A DNA stretch of 55,136 bases, from positions 1 to 55,136 of the forward strand of contig JBIITU010000001.1 in assembly GCA_044340335.1 (NCBI GenBank). Direction: 5' to 3'. Shown here piece after piece: positions 33,908-41,405 of the stretch. The position numbers and the translations under genes were made by a program. The DNA comes from Steroidobacteraceae bacterium. GTDB lineage: Bacteria; Pseudomonadota; Gammaproteobacteria; Steroidobacterales; Steroidobacteraceae. The notes under the pieces were generated by a model, which saw only the letters and a list, made by a program, of their open reading frames with translations, did no database searches and was not told the DNA's origin. Positions within the stretch are counted from its first letter, which is position 1. Every line of letters starts with the position of its first letter.

Positions 33908-35742
33908 GCCGGTGATCCCGGTGTCGTGATCGCGCCTGCCTCGTCGCAGGCTTCGATGGCGACGACCAGCAGGCCGGGGCCGCCGTGCACACCCAGCGCG
34001 GTGCCGAGCGTCGTCAGATGGGCGCTCTCGATGTTCGCGATCCTGGCGCCGAGCGCCGCCAGCAGCGCCTGCGCTTCTGCCTCGGCGCGACCATGCCCGA
34101 CCAGCAGCCGGTAGCGGGGTGCGGGTGGCAGGCGCCGCAGGATGAAATCGGCAAACCGCTCGATGCGGCGGCGGCGCACCCACAGCACGCCGCAGGGACG
34201 CACCAGGCCGTCGCTGGTCGTGTGCAGCACCGGCATGAAACGCAGCAGTCTCGACAGCGTGCGAACCATGGGCGGAACGCGGCCACCGCGCACTGCGAAA
34301 TCGAGCGTCGAGGTCAGCGCCCAGGTCTGGATCCGCGCGCGCGCGGCGCGAGCGCCGCGTTCGACGGCATCGAGATCCGCGCCCGCCATCGCGAGTTCGG
34401 CGGCGCGGATCGCGACCAGCCCTTGTCCGAGCGAAACGCTGGCCGAATCGAGCACGCGGACACGTCCGCCCTCGATGCGCTGCGCAGCGCTGACTGCCGC
34501 GTTGTAGCTGCCGCTGACCCGGCTGGACAGCGAGATCGACAGCACCGACTCGTAATGTGAGGCGAGGAATTCATACAGCCGCCGGAAATCGCCGGGCGGT
34601 GGTTGCGAGGTCTTGGGCGGGTCGGGGTTGTGCTCGATCTCGCGATAGAACTCCTCCGATGTCAGCGTGACCTTGTCGAGGTACGAGCGTCCGCCGAAAT
34701 GCACCCGCACCGGCACCATGTGCAGTTCCAGCGATTCGAGCAGGGAGTCCGGCAGGTCCGCTGCCGAGTCCGTGACGATCGCGACCCGCCGCGAGCTGGC
34801 GTGGTGCGCCGCGCTGCGCTGCGCGCGCATGTCGTCGGCCTTCTGCGCGCTGATGCTGCCGTACTGCGCCACGAACTCGAACAGCTGCTCGGGATCGTTG
34901 GTGTGGATGTGGATGCGCAGCTTGTTGCGCGTGCCGCCAACGACGAGGCTGGAGCCGAACGCGCCGAGACTCTCGCGCACCCGGCGCGGGTCCAGTTCCG
35001 CGCCCGTGATCATGCACTCGGTGCAGTACCGATGGCGCAGGTCACCGGGGCCGCTGTCGACCATCTCTTCGTTGCCGCCATGCACGGGTGCGGCGACGAC
35101 CTGCATCTCGCCGCGCGCCAGCCAGGCGGTCATGCCTTCGATCAAGTCGACGAAGCCCTGTGCGCCGGCATCCACGACGCCGGCGATGCGGGTCTCCTCC
35201 AACACGCCCTGCGTGCCGGCGAGCGAACGGCGCACGGGTTCGATCACGGCGCTGAACAGCGCGCGAAAGTCGGCCGCTTTCGCCTCGCCGACGAGACGCT
35301 CGAGTTCGGCGGCGAAATCCGTCAGCACGGTCAGCAGCGTGCCCTCGCGCGGCTGCGTCAGTGCATCGCGCGCGTAGGTGGCGCCGACGCGCACGGCGGC
35401 CGCGAAACTGGTCGCGTCGAGCCGCTCGAGGTGCCCGACGCGGTCGCCGACGCCGAGCAGGAACTGCGCGAGGATCGCGCCGGAGTTGCCGCGCGCGCCA
35501 TCGAGCGCGGCGTCCGCGATCCGCGTCAGCAGCTGCCCCGCGTGCCGCGGCGTGTCGCGCTCGAGCGTCGGCAGGACGGCCGCGAGCGTCATCGACATGT
35601 TGGTCCCGGTGTCGCCGTCGGGCACGGGGAACACGTTGATCTTGTTGATGTGGTCGGTGCGCGCGAACAGCCGGTAGATGCCGGCGCGCAGCGCGTCGGC
35701 GAGCTGTGGACCGTCAAGCGCTTCGAGGGTCGCGGCGCTCAC
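33862..35742 (-). CDS. DAK2 (DhaL/FakA-N-like) domain fused to a DegV (FakB-like fatty-acid-binding) domain
   Basis: INVFPVPDGDTGTNM is the Dak2 motif. The C-terminal half RVAIVTDSAADLP...KTSQPPPGDF...SISLSSRVSGSYNAA is DegV. The GTG start overlaps the gspB stop (GTGA). Confidence 0.9.
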   Translation of the reverse strand: MSAATLEALDGPQLADALRAGIYRLFARTDHINKINVFPVPDGDTGTNMSMTLAAVLPTLERDTPRHAGQLLTRIADAALDGARGNSGAILAQFLLGVGDRVGHLERLDATSFAAAVRVGATYARDALTQPREGTLLTVLTDFAAELERLVGEAKAADFRALFSAVIEPVRRSLAGTQGVLEETRIAGVVDAGAQGFVDLIEGMTAWLARGEMQVVAAPVHGGNEEMVDSGPGDLRHRYCTECMITGAELDPRRVRESLGAFGSSLVVGGTRNKLRIHIHTNDPEQLFEFVAQYGSISAQKADDMRAQRSAAHHASSRRVAIVTDSAADLPDSLLESLELHMVPVRVHFGGRSYLDKVTLTSEEFYREIEHNPDPPKTSQPPPGDFRRLYEFLASHYESVLSISLSSRVSGSYNAAVSAAQRIEGGRVRVLDSASVSLGQGLVAIRAAELAMAGADLDAVERGARAARARIQTWALTSTLDFAVRGGRVPPMVRTLSRLLRFMPVLHTTSDGLVRPCGVLWVRRRRIERFADFILRRLPPAPRYRLLVGHGRAEAEAQALLAALGARIANIESAHLTTLGTALGVHGGPGLLVVAIEACDEAGAITTPGSPAQGGLAGAAVASQAR

Positions 35743-36482
35743 TGGATCGGCACGAGGAAACGGTTGCCGTTCCAGGACAGCACGGCGCCTTCAGGCACGA
35801 TCTGTTCGATGCGCAGGCCCCCAGGCAGAGTGGTGCCATCGCTGCCGCGCTGGCCGTTGACGAACACGAAACGCTTCGCCGGGTCCGGATCGTAGACATG
35901 CAGGCTGAGCGCGACGTCCGGCACGTTCTGGCCGCGCGCGACCAGGGCGTCGCGGCTTGCGTAGTTCGCATTGCTGCTGCCGCGCGGCGCCGCGTCCGCG
36001 CCGAGCGGCGTGGTTGCGCCTGCTGCGGCAGGTTGCGCCGGCAGGTAGTCGTTCGGATTGAACGGTGCGCCGGCGGGGTTGCGCGCGTTCGCTGCAGTCG
36101 TCGGGTCGGGCGCGCCGGGTTCGGGATCGTTGAGCGCCGGGTCGACGATCAGCGGTGGATTGAACCGCGTCGTCGGTGCGGCCGCGCCAGGCACGGCGGT
36201 CGGGCCGGTCGCGGCGGCGGGTGCGGTTGTCGCAGGCGCCGGGCTCGAGGTCGCCGCCGGGGCAGCGGGCAAGGCCACTGCCGCAGGTGCCGGCGGTGCA
36301 TCGGGGCGCGTCATGACCCACAGCAGGATCAGCAGGTTCACACCGAGCAGCAGGCCGAGCGCCACGGCCCAGACCGGGAACCGCGCGCGTGGCGAAGCGA
36401 TGCGGGGCTGGAACACGCCGGGTCCCGACTGCCGCTGCCGCTCGCTTTCGCTTTTCTTCAGCGCATCGAGGATGAAGGACAT
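35739..36482 (-). CDS. gspB: GspB/ExeB-family general secretion pathway protein
   Basis: MSFILDALKKSESERQ is the canonical GspB N-terminus. It is followed by a single TM helix, a Pro/Ala-rich region and a conserved C-terminal domain. Confidence 0.8.
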   Translation of the reverse strand: MSFILDALKKSESERQRQSGPGVFQPRIASPRARFPVWAVALGLLLGVNLLILLWVMTRPDAPPAPAAVALPAAPAATSSPAPATTAPAAATGPTAVPGAAAPTTRFNPPLIVDPALNDPEPGAPDPTTAANARNPAGAPFNPNDYLPAQPAAAGATTPLGADAAPRGSSNANYASRDALVARGQNVPDVALSLHVYDPDPAKRFVFVNGQRGSDGTTLPGGLRIEQIVPEGAVLSWNGNRFLVPIQ

Positions 36483-36483
36483 C

Positions 36484-38196
36484 TCAGGCTCCCGGCAGCG
36501 GCGTGGGCGGACTGGCGGCCGCGTTCGGTACGGCGTTCGGTGCAGCGTCGGGGGCTGCTTCCTGTGCAGTGACCAGCCGCGGGGATTCTCCCGGCAGCAC
36601 GCTGTCGATCATGACCTGGGTGGGGATGTCGGCGATGCCGTCCGGCTCGAGCCGATGCCGCCGCTGGAACTCCGCGACCAGGCGCATCATCGCGGCGTCA
36701 TAGATGCCGTTCGCAGGCTGCGCCGGCGCATTGCCGGAGGCGCGCAGGCTCTGTTGCAGGCGTTGCACCGCGGTGCCGCGGGCGCCGGGTTCGAGCGGCT
36801 TCGGTTCATCACGACCCGCGCGCCACAGCAGCACGTAGTCGCCGAACCACGCGCGCGACAGATCGGCGAGCGGCACGTCGCGCAACGTGCCGCCGAGACT
36901 CAGCGCGGCCTTGTCGTCGGTCAGCGCCGCGAGCACGACCTGGTGGTCGGTGCCGGTGGCATCACGCAGGATCAGGATCGCAGGCCGGTTGAACTGCAGC
37001 AGCTCGGCGAGCGTGCCGCGCTGCGCGAGGCAGGCGAGGCCCTGCTGTTGCGCCTGTGCGCAGGGCGCGACGTCGCCGACGACATAGCGCGCGTCCCACA
37101 GCGCAAACAGCTTGTTGAACGCATTGTCACCGTCGGTCTCGGTCGCGAAGCGCTGCAGCAGGTCTTCGATGCGCGCGGTGCCGGGTGCAGTCGCCTGGGT
37201 CGGCGCGGCACTGGGCGCGATGTCGGCGGGTTCGACGACTGCCGCGGCGGGCGCCGCCGCCGTCATGCTGTCGGCCGCGGGGTCGTCGGTCGCGCCGAAC
37301 ACGCGCCACAGCACGAACGCGGTCAGCAGCGCGGCGACCACGCCGGCGCCGCCGAAGGCCCAGGGCAACCACGCGGGGGCGATCGGCCGGTCGAAGACCT
37401 CGGTGGCAGCGCGCCGCACGATCGCTGGTGTCACGCGGTGCCGGTCCTGCGTGTAGGCACCCAGCAGCGCGCGGTCGCTGATGACGTTGATCAGGCGCGG
37501 CACGCCGCGCGACAGCCGGTAGGTTTCGCGCAGCGCCGCAGGCGAGAAAATGTCGCTGGTCGCGCCGGCGACGCGCAGCCGGTGGCGGATGTAGGACGCA
37601 GACTCGTCGGCCGACAGCGGGTCCAGATGGTAACGGCCGGTGACGCGCTGCGCGAGCTGCCGCAGCTCGACGCGATCGAGGATGTCGCGCAGCTCAGGCT
37701 GGCCGATCAGGATGATCTGCAGCAGTTTCTGGGTTTCGGTTTCGAGATTGGTCAGCAGCCGCACCTGCTCGAGCACTTCGGGCGCGAGGTTCTGCGCCTC
37801 GTCGACGACCAGCACGACACGCTTGCCCTGCGAATGGGCGCGCAGCAGGTAGCTGTTCAGGATATCGACCAGCTCCTTGACGCTGCCGATGGCCGAATCC
37901 GGCACGCCGACGCCGAGTTCCTCGCAGATCGTCAGCAGGAACTCCGGCGCGCTGATCCGCGGGTTCAGGATCAGCGCGACTTCGGCGTTCTTCGGCGTCT
38001 GCGCCAGCAGCGAGCGGATCGTGGTGGTCTTGCCGGTACCGACCTCACCGGTCAGCTGCACGAAGCCGCCGGCCTCGGTGATGCCGTACAACAGGTGCGC
38101 GAGCGCCTCCGAGTGACGCTCGCTGAGGAACAGGTAGCGCGGATCCGGGGTGATCGCGAACGGTTTTTCGTTGAGGCCGAAAAACGGCAGATACAT
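36484..38196 (-). CDS. exeA: ExeA/GspA-family AAA ATPase with a C-terminal peptidoglycan-binding domain
   Basis: MYLPFFGLNEKPFAITPDPRYLF...GEVGTGKTT is the ExeA signature. TM helix. C-terminal PG_binding_1-like segment (LVAEFQRRHRLEPDGI). Confidence 0.9.
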   Translation of the reverse strand: MYLPFFGLNEKPFAITPDPRYLFLSERHSEALAHLLYGITEAGGFVQLTGEVGTGKTTTIRSLLAQTPKNAEVALILNPRISAPEFLLTICEELGVGVPDSAIGSVKELVDILNSYLLRAHSQGKRVVLVVDEAQNLAPEVLEQVRLLTNLETETQKLLQIILIGQPELRDILDRVELRQLAQRVTGRYHLDPLSADESASYIRHRLRVAGATSDIFSPAALRETYRLSRGVPRLINVISDRALLGAYTQDRHRVTPAIVRRAATEVFDRPIAPAWLPWAFGGAGVVAALLTAFVLWRVFGATDDPAADSMTAAAPAAAVVEPADIAPSAAPTQATAPGTARIEDLLQRFATETDGDNAFNKLFALWDARYVVGDVAPCAQAQQQGLACLAQRGTLAELLQFNRPAILILRDATGTDHQVVLAALTDDKAALSLGGTLRDVPLADLSRAWFGDYVLLWRAGRDEPKPLEPGARGTAVQRLQQSLRASGNAPAQPANGIYDAAMMRLVAEFQRRHRLEPDGIADIPTQVMIDSVLPGESPRLVTAQEAAPDAAPNAVPNAAASPPTPLPGA

Positions 38197-38213
38197 CCGG
38201 CAAGTATTGCATG

Positions 38214-38270
38214 CCCCTCCTGCCGCCGGCAGCAGGGGCGGCCGGCGCCTCCGGGGCAGGCGCCGGCCGG
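38214..38270. other. two tandem GC-rich hairpins between the DUF2892 gene and exeA
   Basis: Hairpin 1 at 38214..38238 is cccctcctgc/gcagcagggg with one mismatch. Hairpin 2 is CGGCCGGCGCC-tccggggca-GGCGCCGGCCG, a perfect 11-bp stem at 38239..38269. There is no U-tract. Confidence 0.4.
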
Positions 38271-38311
38271 TCAGGTGACGTGCGCGCCGCGGGGCGGCAC
38301 GCGGTCCCGGG

Positions 38312-38518
38312 TCAGTGGCCCGCGCGCTGCGCCGGGCAGGTGTTGACGCCGATCAGCGAGTACAGGGGGCAGACGCGCATGAAGCCGGTCGCGAGCGGCA
38401 CGATGCCGATCAGGCCCCACCAGCGGTTCGGCTCCGGCAGCACGAACACCAGGGACAGCAGCCCAAGACCCGCGACGATGCGCAGCACCCGATCGATTCC
38501 ACCTACGTTCGCTTTCAT
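38312..38518 (-). CDS. DUF2892 (YgaP C-terminal-like) small inner membrane protein
   Basis: 68 aa. GGIDRVLRIVAGLGLL...GLIGIVPLATGFMRVCPLYSLIG is typical DUF2892. Strong GAGGAGAGG SD. Confidence 0.85.
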   Translation of the reverse strand: MKANVGGIDRVLRIVAGLGLLSLVFVLPEPNRWWGLIGIVPLATGFMRVCPLYSLIGVNTCPAQRAGH

Positions 38519-38522
38519 GATC

Positions 38523-38551
38523 CTCTCCTCATCTGGTTGGCGTGAGGAGAG
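38523..38551 (-). promoter_or_regulatory. hairpin whose 3' arm is the DUF2892 Shine-Dalgarno sequence
   Basis: CTCTCCTCA-N11-TGAGGAGAG forms a perfect 9-bp stem. On the mRNA the 3' arm ends 4 nt before the ATG. Confidence 0.4.
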
Positions 38552-38576
38552 CTTACGCAGCCGGCGCGCGGCGGTA

Positions 38577-38592
38577 TGTAACCAGGGTTACA
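38577..38592. promoter_or_regulatory. perfect 16-bp palindrome TGTAACCAGGGTTACA (candidate Crp/Fnr-family operator)
   Basis: 7-bp arms separated by 2 nt. It lies 8 nt downstream of the crp-family stop, and its centre is about 66 nt upstream of the DUF2892 ATG. Confidence 0.35.
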
Positions 38593-38599
38593 CAGGGAG

Positions 38600-39313
38600 C
38601 TAGGGACTTTCCGGGGGGTCGGGGCGCTGAGGCTCGCCGGTGTCGCCCGCTGCGATGCGCCGCAGCAGTGCCGCATTGAGGATCTCGATGCGGCCGCGAC
38701 CGAGGCGCAGCGCGCCCCGCTGCGCGAACTCGCCCAGCAGTCGCGAGACGATCTCGCGGACGCTGCCCAGTTCCTGCGCGAGCTGCAGGTGCGAGGTTTC
38801 GATCACGTTGCCATGCCCCAGCAGGCGGTTGGCCAGCCGTTGGTCGAGTTTCTGGAATGCGACCGCGTCGACCAGCGCCATCAGGTCGGTCATCCGCGCC
38901 GCAAACAGTTCGAACACCTCGATGCGGAACGACGGCACGGTGCCGAGCAACTCGAGGAACAGCGCGCGCGGCATCGCGAGCACGTGCACGTCGGTCTCTG
39001 CAACGGCGCTCGCCGTGTAATCCCGCGCGCCGAGCAGGCAGCTGCTGGTCAGGATGCAGCTCTCGCCCGGTTCGACGCGGTACAGCAGCAGCTCCTTGCC
39101 CTGCGGCGACAGCTTGCGGACGCGGACCGTGCCGTCGAGCACCAGCGGAAAGTGCGTGCACTGCGTCGCTTCGGCGAACACGGGCTGCCCGGCGGCGGCG
39201 TGCAGCAGCACCGATTCACCGAGCACGCGGCGCAGCGTTGCATCGCCGGCCGTTGCGCACCAGCGATAACGGGCGCGCAGCGCATCGAGGTCCGGTGCCG
39301 CGCGCTCAGTCAC
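38600..39313 (-). CDS. Crp/Fnr-family transcriptional regulator
   Basis: cNMP-binding beta-barrel (LDGTVRVRKLSPQGKELLLYRVEPGESC) and a C-terminal HTH (LAQELGSVREIVSRLL). The GTG start at 39313 overlaps the dinB stop. No Fnr-type N-terminal Cys cluster is present. Confidence 0.8.
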   Translation of the reverse strand: MTERAAPDLDALRARYRWCATAGDATLRRVLGESVLLHAAAGQPVFAEATQCTHFPLVLDGTVRVRKLSPQGKELLLYRVEPGESCILTSSCLLGARDYTASAVAETDVHVLAMPRALFLELLGTVPSFRIEVFELFAARMTDLMALVDAVAFQKLDQRLANRLLGHGNVIETSHLQLAQELGSVREIVSRLLGEFAQRGALRLGRGRIEILNAALLRRIAAGDTGEPQRPDPPESP

Positions 39314-40530
39314 GATCTTTGTCGCCTCGCGGGTGGATCCGGCTCGCCGCTGCGCAGCGTGCTGCCGCGCGTCACGGCCAGCTGGCCGAACTTCTCGCGG
39401 ATCCGGTCGAGCGCCGAGTCGAGTGGCGCATCCCCGGCAGCGGCCTCGGGCTGCGCGGCGAACAGGTCCGCCTGCGTGCCGGGCGCCGCATCGGCTGGCG
39501 ACAGTTCGCTGGCCCCCACGCCGAGCAGGCGCAGCTTCGCGCCCGGGTTCTGCTCCAGCCAGCGCGACAGCAGCGCGCGCGCGAGGCGACCGAGCACGGC
39601 GGAATCGTTGCTGGCGGGAGCGAAGTGCTTCTGGCGCGTGCAGGTCGTGAAGTCGTGCTCGCGGACCTTGATCGTCACGCAGCGACCCACCAGGCCCTTG
39701 CCGCGCAGCCGCGCGCTCATCCGGTCGCTGAGCGCGAGCAGTTCGGCCTCCAGCCGCGCCGGAGCCGCGATGTCGTCGGCGAAGGTCTCCTCGGCGCTGA
39801 TCGATTTCTCTTCCCAGTCGGCGATCACGGGGCGATCGTCGACGCCCGCGGCGCGCTCGCGCATGCGCGGCGTGTCGCGGCCGAACAGCGGCCACAGCTG
39901 CGCATCGGATGCGCAGCGCAGTTCGCCCAGCGTCTTGATGCCAGCCGCGACGACCTGCTCGCCCTTCTTGCGGCCCAGTCCCGGCAGCCGGCGCACCGGC
40001 AGCGGATCGAGCACTGCATGCACCCGCTCCGGTGTCACGACGGTCAGTCCGTCGGGCTTGTCCAGATCCGAGGCGATCTTGGCGATCAGCTTGTTGGGTG
40101 CAACGCCCACCGATGCGGTGACGCCCGTGCGTTCGCGGATGCGTCGCTTGATCTCGCGCGCGATCGTCAGTTCGTCCCCGAGCAGGCGGCGACTGCCGGT
40201 CACGTCGAGGTAGGCCTCGTCGAGCGACAGGCCCTGTACCAGCGGCGTGAACTCGTGGAACACCGCGAACACCTGGCGCGAGACTTCCTTGTAGCGCGCC
40301 ATGCGCGGCCGCACGCAGATCGCATCGGGGCACAACGCGAGCGCGCGCCGGATCGGCATCGCCGAGCGCACGCCGAAGCGCCGCACCTCGTAGCTCGCCG
40401 CCGCGACGACGCCGCGGCCGCTGGTGCCGCCGACGATCAGCGGTTTGCCGCGCAGCTCCGGGTGATCGAGCTGCTCGACCGACGCGTAGAACGCATCCAT
40501 GTCGACATGCAGTATCGCGCGCGTGCTCAT
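39310..40530 (-). CDS. dinB: DNA polymerase IV
   Basis: MSTRAILHVDMDAFYASVEQLDHPELRGKPLIVGG is the canonical Y-family start. Trimmed from the ORF-track start at 40674. Confidence 0.95.
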   Translation of the reverse strand: MSTRAILHVDMDAFYASVEQLDHPELRGKPLIVGGTSGRGVVAAASYEVRRFGVRSAMPIRRALALCPDAICVRPRMARYKEVSRQVFAVFHEFTPLVQGLSLDEAYLDVTGSRRLLGDELTIAREIKRRIRERTGVTASVGVAPNKLIAKIASDLDKPDGLTVVTPERVHAVLDPLPVRRLPGLGRKKGEQVVAAGIKTLGELRCASDAQLWPLFGRDTPRMRERAAGVDDRPVIADWEEKSISAEETFADDIAAPARLEAELLALSDRMSARLRGKGLVGRCVTIKVREHDFTTCTRQKHFAPASNDSAVLGRLARALLSRWLEQNPGAKLRLLGVGASELSPADAAPGTQADLFAAQPEAAAGDAPLDSALDRIREKFGQLAVTRGSTLRSGEPDPPARRQRS

Positions 40531-41405
40531 AGCGTCAGCGCGCTGTAGACCCCCGTGATCAGCAGCATCAGGCCGCCGAGCACCAGGTAGGCGAAGCCGA
40601 AAGCGAGGTACTTCGCGAACGTGCGGCCGCGGCCCTGCGCGTAAGCGACGCGCAGCGCGCGGAACGGATACCACAGCAGGTAGGCAGCCACGGCAAGGCT
40701 CAACGGCGTCTCGATCAGCGCCGCCCCGGGGACCGCGCTGACGAGCGCCTGCAGTCCGAGCACGACGAACACCGCGGAGTGGTTATGCAGGAAGAAGAGC
40801 AGGTGCTCGACGTAGTACCGCCGCGGTCGCCAGTACAGCAGCATCGCGACGGCAGCGATCAGCGGCAGGAACACGAACAGCGCGCGCGGGACGTTGGTCA
40901 TGAAGGCCTTTGTCAGCCCGGCACCGCCATCCTCGGTGGCCTTGTTGCATGCACGTTTCAAGGCCGGATCGATCCAGGTGTCGCCCGGGCCTTCGTACTT
41001 GATGCCGGTGCAGGTGGCGTCATCGCCGAGCCCGAACCGCACCGGTGCCGGCGCTTCGGGCAGCAGTGCGACCAGCACGAAGTACAGCAGCGACACGACG
41101 ACGTACAGCCGGAACGGCGGCAGGTAGCGCGCGCGTCGGCCGGCCATGAACTCGCGCGTCAGCAGTCCGGGGCGCACCAGCAGATGGCCCAGCGTGCGCC
41201 ACAGGCGCGAGTCCGCGTGCGTCAGCGTCTCCGCAGCCTCGGCGGCGAAGTGCGGCAGCGAATGGATGTGCGGCTCATGCCGCTGGCCGCAGCTCGCGCA
41301 GTACGGCCCGGCGAGCGCTGCGCCGCAGTTCTGGCAGCGCGCCGCGGCGGCATCGACCGCGGCGGGCGCGCGCGCCGGCGCCGCGACCAGCAGCGCCTCG
41401 CTCAT
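40527..41405 (-). CDS. DUF3667 domain membrane protein (N-terminal zinc ribbon)
   Basis: CQNCGAALAGPYCASCGQ zinc ribbon, followed by a conserved region and several TM helices. Confidence 0.8.
   Translation of the reverse strand: MSEALLVAAPARAPAAVDAAAARCQNCGAALAGPYCASCGQRHEPHIHSLPHFAAEAAETLTHADSRLWRTLGHLLVRPGLLTREFMAGRRARYLPPFRLYVVVSLLYFVLVALLPEAPAPVRFGLGDDATCTGIKYEGPGDTWIDPALKRACNKATEDGGAGLTKAFMTNVPRALFVFLPLIAAVAMLLYWRPRRYYVEHLLFFLHNHSAVFVVLGLQALVSAVPGAALIETPLSLAVAAYLLWYPFRALRVAYAQGRGRTFAKYLAFGFAYLVLGGLMLLITGVYSALTL

Noticed and set aside
38161-38187. Inverted repeat cggtttttcg...cgaaaaacgg near the exeA start.
   Set aside because: It lies inside the coding sequence for the conserved ExeA N-terminus (LPFFGLNEKPF). 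The symmetry follows from the Phe-Phe/Lys-Pro-Phe codons and is probably coincidental.
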